Source of the DNA: Klebsormidium nitens
Lineage: Eukaryota > Plantae > Klebsormidiophyceae
DNA: 64,000 nt
Assembly: GCA_000708835.1 (NCBI GenBank)
Contig: DF237015.1
Location: forward strand, 62,001 to 126,000
Reading direction: 5' to 3'
Shown: one piece after another, positions 25,132 through 37,571 of the stretch
How the letters are laid out: each line of letters begins with the position of its first letter
Position numbering within the stretch: the first letter of the stretch is position 1
The notes under the pieces: model-generated
Databases searched by the model: none
Seen by the model: the letters and a program-made list of their open reading frames with translations, nothing else
Told to the model about the DNA's origin: nothing
Translations under genes and position numbers: made by a program

Positions 25132-26214
25132 TTGGAGCTTCGCACGCAACGATCAGCAGCAATGCAGACAGATCTTGATCGGATTCAAGCGGAGGGTCCC
25201 GCGAAGATCAGCCGTCTTCAAACAGAGCTTGCGGCGCTTCAAAAGTGCCTCGATGCTGCGAACGAAGAGAAGAAAAGGAGAGAGGGGGAGCTTAAGAGCA
25301 AGCGCGCGGCGCTTCGCAACGTTGTTGCACAAAGAGACGGCCTTCGAGCGGGCACTAGCAAGCTTCAAGAAAGGGTCGCCGCCGAGAAGCGGAAGCGGGC
25401 TGACATCAGCAAGGAAGTGTCCCTGCTCCAGAGCGAATTGGAGCGCGCGCGTAAGGCGGTGCGAGACCTAGAGAACGCCACGGCAGCGCGCGCGCGCGAG
25501 AGCGACCGCTTTTACTACGTCCTCGCCTTTAACGGGCAGGTCGGTTCCATTCCGCGCAGCGTCCTGGCATCAGCCCCAGAGTCTGTTCTGTACAAAATGT
25601 ACTGCGGCGCTTGGGACTATGCGCGAGACGAAGACGGTCGCGCAATCGTCACGTGCCACCCGGACCGATGGGCCGCAATTCTGGAGCACCTGGCGACTGG
25701 AGCGGTTCCCTTGCAGCGGGACTCGCAGCTGTTGGAACAGGCGCGGTTCTGGAATCTGCGGAGACTCGTGGCACGCTTGGAAGCACTCACTCCAGGAGTA
25801 ACCGTCAGAAATGACCGGGACGAAATGGGTTTCAAGGCCCGGCTTACGTTTGTTGACGTCACGAGCGAATACGACAAGTATGGCGCAGAGCTAAGTCTCA
25901 CCTATGCGACGCCCGGAAAGCGCTGGTGGAAGGTGAAGGTGGACAAAGATGGCGTCTTCCAGTACCCGTTGTGGACGCCGGATACAAAGCTCCGAAAAGT
26001 AACAGTCAGAAGCAAGTTCGGACTGCTGTTGCACGGTCGAAGGTTGTTCGCTGATTGGGAAACGCAGGAGTTTTCTGAGGGTAAGGTTGAAAAGGGGTGG
26101 GGTCACAGATGGTCTGATTTAGGCTACAGCATCCATCAGCTGGTGAGTGAACCCTTGGCTCGAGCCCATGATAGCCTCGTCATTGAGATACAGACTCGTT
26201 ATTTGGACGAGTAA
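25132..26214 (+). CDS. Intronless coiled-coil + KCTD-type BTB/POZ + probable C-terminal MATH/TRAF-like domain protein (first ATG 25162)
   Basis: Single 360-codon ORF. N-terminal about 120 aa are heptad-rich. BTB: LAFNGQVGSIPRSVLASAPESVLYKMY..DEDGRAIVTCHPDRWAAILEHLATG..LLEQARFWNLRRL. C-terminal beta-rich part has WWKVKV, VTVRSKFGLLL, GWG and DSLVIEI, resembling MATH (inference). Confidence 0.85.
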   Translation: MELRTQRSAAMQTDLDRIQAEGPAKISRLQTELAALQKCLDAANEEKKRREGELKSKRAALRNVVAQRDGLRAGTSKLQERVAAEKRKRADISKEVSLLQSELERARKAVRDLENATAARARESDRFYYVLAFNGQVGSIPRSVLASAPESVLYKMYCGAWDYARDEDGRAIVTCHPDRWAAILEHLATGAVPLQRDSQLLEQARFWNLRRLVARLEALTPGVTVRNDRDEMGFKARLTFVDVTSEYDKYGAELSLTYATPGKRWWKVKVDKDGVFQYPLWTPDTKLRKVTVRSKFGLLLHGRRLFADWETQEFSEGKVEKGWGHRWSDLGYSIHQLVSEPLARAHDSLVIEIQTRYLDE

Positions 26215-27225
26215 GGACGGGTATGCGTTCACCATGGTCGCCAGGCCGTTGACACGTGTAGGCGAATCATTGAAGCGTCCCAAACCTTACTAAATTACTT
26301 GTGGTTACATTTAGCGAGCTTGTCTGTACTCTGGCAGTAATTGAAGGACCGGTATATGCATGGCGACTTGCCGTGCCACACAAGCAAAGCAGGACGCCGC
26401 CATGGCAGTGACTTGTCTGGTAAGTAAATAATTTTGAAACAAGGTTCACTTGGTCATTCCAGTGACGAGCCTGTGCATAACGTGCGGCTAGCTGCCCATC
26501 GACTCACTTCCAGATAGTACTATAAGCAAACATAGTTCGACATTTCTGTAGACGTTTATCATTGAGCAGATTACATTGACTCGAACAGCATACGCACCAT
26601 GAGCTCTTTTCATGAGATATACAGTGCTTGCCCGGCTCTTGAACTTGATATGATCCGACGGATTAAAGAGCGTGTTCAATGCGCGAATCGGTTTTACTGC
26701 TACAAGTACAACTCGCTTACACCATGCCAACAAATCGAGGCATGTCAAGCGCTATACAGATCCAAAAGTTTGAAAGTCAGCTAAAGTTAGTCCATATTAA
26801 TTTACTCCACAATAATTGTCATTGCATGATGACATTTTGCATCCCGGCGCAACCAACAAGCGAAGGTACACTTGCATTTCCGTGCGCGGGCAAGCTCCTA
26901 TGAGTCAGGATGGCACATGGCCGTCTCATTGCATCTTGGCCCAGGATCCGAAGGCGGGCCCAGGAGGCATCACAACTCCATTTCCCGCCTGCAACCCGCC
27001 CTGATCCATATACCTACTGTCACAGGCGGCTAGACATTGTCCAAGTCGAAGTCTTCATGCAGTTGCACATCAAGTCTAAGTAACTGCAGTAATAAATGAA
27101 TAGCGTGCGAATCAGGTAAGTATCTGAGTTACTTGAAAAGTATCATCAGAGCTAGTGTACGGTATCAGTAGAAAATTGAGTGCATGTCAACCCCACTTTT
27201 CACCCTGCGGCACTGCCTCCCAACT

Positions 27226-30200
27226 CTAAGCAGCAGGCGGTCGTATCGTGGGGTCATTTTCAGGCAGCTCTAGTGCTGACTGGAAGCTCCCCGTCCACAC
27301 GTCTCCACAGCGTGACCCACTGGAAGACGAGCTGCAATTACTCAGTTGACTACCCATGCCCAACGGCGATGACTGCAATCCTTGCGCCACTGACCTATCC
27401 CTCTCAACACCTCCTTGTGGACTTAGCTCCGGTTGTTGCAGCCGCTCTGGCGAGGCCGCCGGGCTCAGCTCCTGAGCTTGACCTGGTAACGCCCCCGCCC
27501 ACTCTTCTGGCGCTGCTTCGTCATCCAATGGACGGGCGGCTTCTTCTTCTGACGTGTCCACTCTTGCACGCTTCGCAGCCTGCGTGTCCGCCGTTTCGGG
27601 CTGTTCATGTCCTTCACCCGTTCTCTGCTGCTCTTCAAATCGTGCATCAAATGTTCCTGCCTCGTTCACTGGCTCGGCAAACGACTCCGTCGTTCTACCC
27701 CCGTCCTCAGGCGTCGCTTCTCTAGTTTCCGCTCCGACTTGCCCCTCTTCCGTCGCATCGTTTCCTGCGGGTAAGTGCACTTGAGCGACCTTTGTTGCGC
27801 TTGGTCTCTGCACGTTCGCAGGGCGGGGGGGCTCTGCCTGCGGCTGTTGACCACCCGGGGGCGGTGCAAACATCCCCGGAGCTCCATACGGCGGCGCATA
27901 CCCAAACGGAGCGTAAGCCATCGGATGATGTCCGGCCGGAAACATGGGGTAGGGGTAACCGGGCGGGTTACCAGGCTGACCGTAGCCATAACCGTGGTAC
28001 GGGTAGGGCGCAGGAGGGGCCTGTTGGGCGTTGTCGGGGGGGGGCGTGCCCGCGTTTGGAATGGCCATTTGGGGGGGGTATGAGTAGGGGTGCATTCCCA
28101 TCATGCCTGGGAACGCGCCCATGTAGGGCATGGGAGCGAATCCGGGGGGGTAAGGATGGGGCTGCTGGAGGGGGGGCGCCGGCGCAACCGGCTTTTCCGC
28201 CTCTTGGCGAGCGGGTTCCGACCTCACACTACTACTGACCTGCGCTGTACTCTTCTCAGCCGTCGGTGCAACCATCGACGGCCCTGGGGCTGCCACGTGT
28301 CTCCCTTTGGCGACCCTGGAATCTAGCGAATCCTGCCGGGCCGTTTCTGGCTGCCTGCTCGCGGGCTGGGCGCCATGTTCTCTCCCGATCCTAGTTGGTC
28401 CGGGCTGAGAAGGAGCCGCTACCGATGGCGCAGGCAGCACCCTAGGGTTCTGCTGAGGAGGGGGTTGCCGGGGCGCACTTGGTTGCGTGCGCGGAACTTT
28501 CCGCTGCTGCTGCGGAGCTACCGGTCGGCTCGGAGGGGGCCCCAGCTGCCTTGCTTGTGTTGGGGGGGGGTTCCCCGGCGGCTTTGGCTGCAAGTTTCGG
28601 AGACCCGTTGGATTTCTTTGGGCTGGGGGGGGTAGGATGGGAGGCCGGAAGTGGGCTGCCTGGGGTCGGGTCGGGTGGTGCATCGAGCCCCCCCGTTGCG
28701 AAATTTTCTCCTGATTGGACCCTTCTGCTGCCGGCGCAGGTGCCTGCCTGGAACCCAGGGTTACCCCGACACCCCCGCCTTGCTGGCCCGCTCCGCCGCC
28801 GGAAAACGCGTCCCTGACACCGGCTTCGCCCAGCCTCTCTCGCCCTTCGTTACTTGGCTGCATCAGTCGCGGGACCCCCCCGCCGCTCTGTCCCCCCTCG
28901 ACAACCGCACTCCCTTGCACCCCCCCGTGTGGCGGGTTCGCCTCCGGCAGGGCGCTGTTGCTAGAGGGGTCCACATGTGGCGGCGCCTGTGCATCCTGTT
29001 GCGGGGGGGCAGCCGCAGAGCCGTCCAAGGGGGGGGCTTGCGCGTTGTTTGTGAGCGCAGCCATCATGAGACTCGGGTTGAAGTTGATCCAGGACAACAT
29101 GCTCTGGAGGCGCCGCTCGAGCGCCTCCTTCTCGGCCTTGACCTGCATCCGCTCCTCGCGCAACTCATTCTTCTCGGCCGTCAACTGGAAGGGAAAGAAC
29201 GAGCGCGCTTTTAGAACCCTTACAATCCTGCATTCGGGTTTTCACATTGGGTTCTCTATGACCAGACAATGTTATACTACATTTGACCTGCAGCCGCTCC
29301 TCGCGCTCTTCGTTCTTCTGCACGGTTGAAAGAAACGGGAGCGGTTTTAGGGTCTTTATGTTCTTATAGTCCCAGAGGTTGGAGTTTGAAGTTTGCTTCA
29401 TACAGTGGAAGGTCGACGCTGAGCGTTTGGGCTTTCACTTGGAGCCACTCCATGCGCAATTTGCTCTTTTCCGAAGTCAGCTGGGGAAAAGGAACGACGG
29501 CGCCTGCCAAAACAATCATGGTCCTAGAATTTGATGTTCAACGGGTTAACCAAGAAGTAAATGTATGTTGAAACGTTGGACCTTTGACTTGAAGCAATTC
29601 CTTGCCCGGCTCCTGCTTCTGGCCATCAACTAGTAAAAATTCATGGATCAACTAATGAAGTTTGACACCAAGAAATAAACTCTGTCGTTCAAAAGTGGGA
29701 CAAAAAGGATTCGTGGCTGGTACATGATCGAACGAAGAGGCACTAAGGAGCAAAGCACAGATCACGTGATTGGGCAAGTTTCTCGGATGAATGTACCACT
29801 TGTGCCAACCTTCAGCCCCAGAGTTTTCCAACTAGTATGAACACGAAAGGCCTCTGGAAGACACCTTAATTAACCCGACCACTTTGGACGACTCTAGCGC
29901 GGGGCTGGCGGTGCATTCACATAATTTATCGAAAGCCACGGCGGCAAAGCTCGCGATACTGAACAGATGGGACACTTTGCTATACGAGGAGCCGTGCAAG
30001 CTACACGAGATCTCGATTGCGAGGTTAAAAAAGTGGGGCGAGCAAGCGTAAGACCCTGCTCATTATCAGGCTCCTGCTTTCCGTTGCGTGCGCGCACCTC
30101 CAGCCCCTATTAGCGGATTGCAGCGTTCAACTGGTACAATCTGGTCGCAATGCGTATGTTTCTAGTGCTCACCTCTTTCGACTCGTCCATCAGGAGAGCG

Positions 30201-32538
30201 TGCTCGCTCTGCAGCTTTGCAATGTCGTCCCTCAGCTTCTTGACCACATTCACGCCGTCGTTTAGGATGCTCGCCTTGTCGTTCTTCGGAGGGCGGCCCG
30301 GGTCTGTTTCAGAATAAGAACATGCAAAGATAAGCTGTATGCAAACCTGGCTAGATTTTCAGAGGGACTTGGTATGTACCGGGGCTCATCCAGGCACCTA
30401 GTCATGATGTGTTGAGCAGCCTGAAGAGCAACTAAGGCTCTTATGATATTGCAGAGTAGAGTTTTCCGGGAGATGCCCCTCTCTGCTTGGAAATTTCCTT
30501 CTGCAAAAACCAGCAGCGCTGTAGCTTCTGATTGGTATTGTGCGGCCCACATGGTCCTGTTCCAGCCGATCAGACTTTGCTGAGGCAATTGCGGAAGAAG
30601 TCGGCGCTCACTGACGCCGCTTTAGTTCCTGCCCTGAGTGAGGTCACATGCTCAGACAGTTAAGACAGGTGCTGCGGAGCAACAGCAACCCACCACGGTG
30701 ATCCGGCGCGTGGCACAGTAACACGCCGCTCTTGTTTCCAGACCTAGAAAAGCAGACACATCAAATTCTGACTGCTCACCGAGCACCCCCGCCAGCTCCG
30801 CAAAGTGCTCGTTCATGCGATCCCGCAAGAGCTTCTCCCGGTTGGACTTCATCTCCTTCCGAGCAGCGTGCACCTCGTCGTCTTGGCTCCTGGTCCCCGA
30901 ATCGGACGGTCCCATTGCCGTTCCTGCAGAACCCTCCGCCCTGCGCAGGCCGAGATCCTTCAGTCAGCGATGGCTATGTGTGAGGTTTTTGAGGTCACAC
31001 TGTCCGTCAGGCCTTCGAACGGCGGGACTGCTCGTGCGGCTCCGACTTGTTTGGCTGAGAAGCTTGTCGGGCTCTGAATCTGGCAGTGGAGGTGCGGACG
31101 AATGCAGGCACCCCAGCTTCAGTTCTGCCAATGGTGAGGACTTCGCAAATTTTCAGAGAGCGGCAGGGTGGGAGAGGAGAACGGCGGCCAACTTAACTTG
31201 GCAGTCAAAGAAACATGGGAGACCGCATCAATATTCAACTCCATCCTGTGGATGTGGAAATCTGCATCCAGGGTCCAACTCGACTTGATTTGCCGACCTG
31301 AGCAGAAGTTGAGCCGAAGAAGACTGTTCCTCAAAGCAATTTTGATTTAGAGAAAGCCACTCGTTGCTGAAGCCACGAATCTGTTGTCAAGTCGATGAAT
31401 GTTGGTGACTGTCACTGTTTTGATTTGCATGCCAACATGATCGACGAACCAATGGTGCTCCCAGATGCTGGCACTGCATTTTCTGGAAAGTGAAGCTTAA
31501 AAAACGAGTGGCAGACGGAGACAGCGACCACAATGTAGATCAAGGCCGCAATGCGGCCAGCTGCAAACCGTTGGCGCGCATGACTCCAATGCCTCTAACA
31601 AAGCAACAGATTATGGCTGTAAAACCATTACCAAGAATGCTCATTTTTGGACAACATTTTCAACGAATGCCTGACAGAGAAAAGTGCCCCATTGTCAGTG
31701 TGGCGAGGAAAGCTGACACTTTTGGGAGTGCGGACAAGCAGTAAGTCGCCAATCAATCGAAGAACCAATGCGGGCCTAACAATTTGCCATAAACTAGCAT
31801 GTCCCTCCATCAGCTTCTTCAAATTCTATAATGTACAACCACACTAAGGTGCACAGTAACGCAGAAAGGGCGGGAGCAAGCAAGAGCTGTCACACTATTT
31901 GTAAAATGCACACGGACAGAGCTTTAATAAAATGCAGACTGAAGCAAATGCACCTCAAGGCCGATGTCCCTCTCCAGCCCTCAGGACTTCACAGTTCGAT
32001 ATTTCCACCCCAATAATGTAGCCAACCGAGTCTAAATCGGTCCACTTGAGCTGACAAGGCACGTCATTGCAAACAGTCGGCACCCTGCTATGGTAAAAAC
32101 GACCATTTCAGCGTGCATGGATTCAGAGCTCAACTGCTCGCAATGCAAAGGCATCCTGGCGTTGAAATTCTCGAATCCCATTTCCCACCTGTTCATCGGC
32201 TGGAGCTGCTGCTGATGCAAGAACGTCAAGTTCCCCGAACCTCCATGCCCCCCGCCTTCATACTGCATCCGCTCCCCCCCCCTCAGCCAACTGCTCTGCC
32301 CGTGCGTCCCCTCGCCACTCAAATCCGGCTGCGGTTTGGCGTCCTCTACTCCTAACCGTGCATAACCCTCAATGTGACCCTGTCCATTCTGCACCGCGAG
32401 CGGATTGTACATCAACCCGTCCAAGAAGCCACCATCCTCATTGGAGACAGGGTTGAACGGGAAGTCTAGACTGAGGCTTTGCTGGTACGGCCCTGGCACA
32501 TGGTCCGGGAGCCATGGGTTGCGGTTGTGGTCTGCCAT
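27226..32538 (-). CDS. bHLH-ZIP transcription factor, subgroup IVb/IVc (bHLH121 / ILR3-like, iron-homeostasis family)
   Basis: Core exons: about 30923-30780 (NREKLLRDRMNEHFAELAGVL), 30303-30173 (DPGRPPKNDKASILNDGVNVVKKLRDDIAKLQSEHALLMDESKE), 29184-27226 (LTAEKNELREE ... IRPPAA*). A probable first coding exon starts MADHNRN at 32538; its links to the core are not resolved. Confidence 0.88.
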
Positions 32539-33345
32539 TGTCAGGTTGAAGCTCCGCTTAGCATCAGTATGTTGATCCTGCACGAATGTACCTCTAATTT
32601 CGCAGTTTCAGCTTCTGCTTCAGCACATTCCCGTCAATGAGCCTTCGCAGCCGGCGCCTGTTGTCTGGGGGGTTAGGGCTCAATGCCGGTCACTACCGGA
32701 ATGCCGGGATCTACATTAACCAATAGCAACATTATGCAGTCAAGACCGCAACTGTCAGTAACGACTGAATGTGCATGCCCATCCTTCCCCAGCAGCTGTA
32801 GCCGCTTCCTCGGCCTTCAGCAAGCCTTTCATTCTTTGACGCCACCCTTGGAGAGGGTGAAAGGCGCCTCCCGAGTCCCTTGCCATTGTTGCCATTGGCC
32901 GACTCCTCCATATCCCTGCCAAACTTTGAAATTGGGGATAGCATTTTGATTCTGAAAGGCAGGGTTTATTTCAGGACTTTTTGAAGTAAAGCCTGATCTC
33001 ATTGGGACCACTCTCGTCCATTATGAACTTCAAGAAGCAATTTGCGGCGTCCGATGGAAGTCGTAGGATTGTCAACGGCTCGGATGCCGCAACGCGATCA
33101 GTTTAAGTCAAGACACTCGCTACTTGAGTCTCTTGTTAGGGAGGCCCTGAGCCTTCGAGGAGATCAGGGTTTAAAAGATTATGTGATGTACTAGTAGCTC
33201 AAACTTCAGAGCGCAACGGCATCGCTTCCAGCTGCATTTCACCTTCATTGACCAACACTGCTTCTCATTTCATCAGCAGTGACGGCATTGCAGTGGCAGC
33301 ATTGTGAAGGATTCTGGTTTTTAACTTACTGTGTCGAAGTCGGTG

Positions 33346-36300
33346 ATGGCGTCCGCTTTTGCACCTCAGGCGTCCTTGCCGACAACCAATCTCTTCAGTA
33401 AAGAGGTAGCTTTCTGCAGATTATCTGTTGGACGCTTGCGTTGTCGTTTTTGAGCGTCGCCAGTCGTCCAAATCGTTTTCAAAGCGTTCCTGCCTATCAA
33501 AGACCCGGTCTTTGCTCAGAATGAAGGCTCCTATCCCCGCTTCTTCCAGTACACTAATGGTCTGCAAAAGCTTTCTTAACTGAAAGCACATTGCGTTTGC
33601 GTGCGGTATTGTGGACATGCCTCAGGGCCAGCCGCTCTTTCCGCCTTACTTCTGTTGGATTTTTGAGTGACTATTCATCAAGTGGTTTGCTGAAATGTTT
33701 TGAGAGTGGTGTTAAAATGGTGGCTTGCCTACTGGCATATTCTTTGGGATCTCATCTGAGGCATTCAAGGGGACTTTCATGGATTGTGAACTAGGGGGGA
33801 CTAGAAGTAGGGGGCTGGTTTGTCACAATCACCAAGCTCTTGGCAAACCTGCTTCCAATGGCAGTCCAATTCATTCAACAAAATCCAGTCAGCTACTGAA
33901 CCAATCTCTCTCGGCTGAGCATGCAGCTTCTTGAACCTTGAGGGCCGTCCACCTTTTTCAACCAGCCGTTGACATGTTCTATCACAGCAGTGCTTCCTGC
34001 TTGAGATCGTCACAATGGATTGGACTGTGTCTTGCAGCGATCCGGATACTGCAACTGCACCAACCCCCTCTCATGGCAAGCAAACCCCCTCGGCCTGCCT
34101 TCCATACCCAGACGCCATGCAAACAGTGCACGATCAGCTCCTCGATGCACCATGGCCCCCACGCCTGGTTCCGAGTACACCCCTAGTGGCAACACAAGCT
34201 CGATGAATTTGATGACCGGGCTCGTGAATGGCCTCTTCTCCTTTAAGCCCGCCTGGAACTTCATGAAGGGGAAGGCCCGACAGATGATGGTCGACAGGGG
34301 GGACGCGATCGGCTTCCCTTGGAAAGAGCGGCTAGAAGAGCTCAAGAAGCACGATTGGGATGCGGAGGTTGAGGCCGTACGGGATCCGGGGTTGGAGTAT
34401 CCGGAGTATTACACGGTGCCGTTCCACGCGTATGATAGGGGGAATCTGTCGCTGGATGCGGCGCTGGAGGTCGAGTTGGCGGCCAGGGCCGTGCACGCGA
34501 CGGTGTTTGACACAGAGGTGACTTTCAGCTTCTTTGATTTTTGCACTGCTTCCTGACTCCTCATCTATCCAGGCTGTTTCCGGCGCTGCGACTTCTGGCC
34601 ATCTGTATGTGCGGAAGTGCTCGAGCTCCGAGATCACTCGCATGAATGTGCCCGGTCTCTTTGGATCCTAAGCTGGTGAAACAGAAGTTGAGGCCAGTGG
34701 CTTGAACAATGGATTTGTGACTTTCGGTCAGTGGCTTCGAATCTTGTCGACAAATGGTGCTATCTTTGAGAAAACCCGAATTCCATAAAGGCTTCTGCTT
34801 CGGATTCTACTTGGAACCAAGCCCTCCTTTCCTGGTGACCAGTGTCTCTCCTAATTCTCGTTACAAGAACGACGATAGGTTCCCAATGGTGAGTAGATCC
34901 TTGGAATGGGACCAAACTCAGACCACCGAAAGCTGACGTGTGTGGTATCTGCGCAGAGGCAAACACTGGACCCGGAAGGGGATCAGCGGTTACGCGAGAG
35001 CTACCACGAGAAGATGCTGCCTATGCTCAAGATCGAGCCCGCCAAGATTGTGGACCTCGGCTGCTCGACGGGCCTCAGCACGATGGCGCTGCATAAGGTC
35101 CGTAAGACGTGTTGAAAATCCTAGAATCGTACACAGTGAATGCTATTCGTGAAGTGTTAGTCAACAGGGCCTTTGCGAGACAACTTGCATCGCTGTCTTG
35201 CTTGCGGAGTGGATTGAAACGGAAGGACCTTCTCGAGCAGAATGCGATCAAATCTGGCCTGTCGTTTCTGCTCAGTCTTTCTCTGGCATCTATCCCGATA
35301 CTACTGCTTGTCCCTGCACAAAGCCTCTCGTTTCCCAGCTCTTAAGTCTCCAGAGGAAAAGATCGTCTATGCCGAAGTGCATATCACGACAATTTCTCGC
35401 TCATAGCGAGTCGCTGTGAGTCATCAACGAATATGCTGTGTTTGCCGTCATCTAATCGACCTTTTCTCGCCTGATTGCAGACGTTTCCCGAGGCGGAACT
35501 CACGGGGATCGACCTGTCAGAATACTTCGTTGCTGTTGCAAGCTTCAACCTTCGTCGACAAAACGCAGAAAAGGTATGACCGCTTTCTCAGCAAGTCTGA
35601 ACTGCCTGCTCAGTGGCTAAGATGTCAAGGTGATTGTTATCTCTCCCTTGCGAAATCGACGTAGGACCTTACTTTCATCAAAGCTTTGCATTGAGGCATT
35701 TGCTGAGGGTCTCGTCGTGCGGCCAAGTTCACCATTTCCAAAAACAACGAAAAGTTTGCCAACCTTCGTTGAAAAGCTGACAACACCTCTCCGTCTTCAT
35801 GTCAAGATTACATGGAAACGTATACACAAGTCGAGGCTAAATAAGCTGTTCCGTGATTTTCACCAAGTCGACGTTTTGTGAGGCTGGTATACAAGCTCTT
35901 GGTGAGTGGTACATATTCTGGGCAAATCGAGGGGCAGCCTTTCTAAGGTACCAGACTACACCTTCTACCCCTTTTTCAAAGCCGTCTTTCGTCGACTAGG
36001 GTCAAAGGTTGCCTTATCCTACCTCGTTTGAGCCGACTAAGACGCCCAATGACCACCGCCCGAAACCGCCACACAGAAAAGCGAATACTGGCTCCCCCGG
36101 TAAGCCTCACGGAAGGAACCCGCACCTGCTCAGAAACTCGCAGCTTCGCAGCTGATTTTTGGGCCATGCACCACGAACAAAAGCCCGTCACCTTTGCCTC
36201 CTCCGTTATGTCAGGACAAAGACGCCTGATGGTCGCCTGTCTTTTCCGCTGTCCAGGGTAAGGACCTCCCGATCCGGTACGTCCATGGGGCCGCGGAGCG

Positions 36301-37571
36301 GACGGGTATCCCGGCAGGTTCCGTAGATCTGGTGTCAATGTGCCTGGTGTGTCACGAGCTGCCGCGGGCTGCCACCAAACAAGTGAGCGTCTCAAGGTCT
36401 TGAATGCGCAACGAGTGGACAGCGTTACACTGTCAAGCCTCGCAATGTCAAGTTGAAAAGGAAAAACCCTGTGTACTTGGTAGAGCACGTCTCGCTCTGT
36501 GTTGAAGAAGAATGTACCCAGGGTTTTTTTTTTTGGCGAATCTGCTTTCTCGTGTTTGAGATGAGGCGACTGGTGGGCCTGCATCCGGTGATTCGGCGGA
36601 CGCGGCGTTTTGCGATATGTCATCTTTTCGAGCAGACCCCCAATCCCGCTTTTTGCAACAGTTCTCGTTGTCGCTTTTTGCAACAGTCGTCGGCCGGATT
36701 GCGGGACCCACATCATTTCCTGGTCACGATCTGCTCAAGAGATCGCCTATAATCCCTCTTGTACTCGTCATTTGACAGCCCTCGCCGTCAAGCGCTTGAG
36801 TGAGACTCGCTCATGTTCCGTGTATTCCGGTCCGTCCGCAGATCATCGAGGAAGCGCACCGGATCCTACGGCCGGGTGGCGCCTTGTGCATCATGGAGAT
36901 GAACCCGCGGTCGCCCTTCCTTCAAAAGATGGTCAACAACGTGTTTGCGTTTACCGCTGTAAGTCCTGCCGTCCAGCGAGGATCGCACGGACAAACGATC
37001 TCTTATGACAAAAGTCGTGGGTCAAAGTGTCGGCTTCTCGTCCTGTTCTTAAACCCGTGCAGCGGGGACGCGATTGCTCTGTTTTTGTTGTCCTTCTAGT
37101 TCTTTTTGGTCAAGTCAACATTCGTCTCAGTGATAAACTCACGCAATTCAATTGGAGCAGATTCTTCTTATAGTAACCACCTTTTAGAAGGGCTGCGTGC
37201 CTGCAGAGCTGAAGTTGTTGCTTTGGCAGCCTGCGTAGCTGCGGACAGCGACATTGCAGAGGAGTCGTAGGAAGGCGCACGAAGAAAATTCGCTGCCCGA
37301 TAGCCGCAGTATCCAAAGCGGTCTCCCACTGAACGGCAAAGTGCACCCGAACGCCTGATCTGCCTTCGGTCGGCAGATTGGAGATAGTAAACGGTGTTAT
37401 GACCGCTAACAGCACTACTCCTCGCGTTTGCAGTTCAAAGCGACAGAGCCTTACTTTGACGACTACAGGACGTTCCCGATCGAGGAGGCGATTCAAGAGC
37501 GGGGTTTTGAGGCGGTCCAACAGACCGAAAGCAGCCCGCGGCATAGGACCATGGTAGCACACAAACTGTAA
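33346..37571 (+). CDS. Class I SAM-dependent methyltransferase, probably plastid-targeted
   Basis: Exons 33346-33405 (MASAFAPQASLPTT, transit-peptide-like), 34038-34517, 34957-35097, 35481-35573, 36257-36382, 36842-36958, 37434-37571 join in frame. Motif I IVDLGCSTG, then LTGIDLS, VDLVSMCLVCHELP, AHRILRPGG, SPRHRTMVA. Confidence 0.92.

Noticed and set aside
27554-29329. Several plus-strand ORFs and many G-runs (G-quadruplex candidates)
   Set aside because: They are antisense to the Pro-rich bHLH exon, and the G-runs are the complement of CCN codons.
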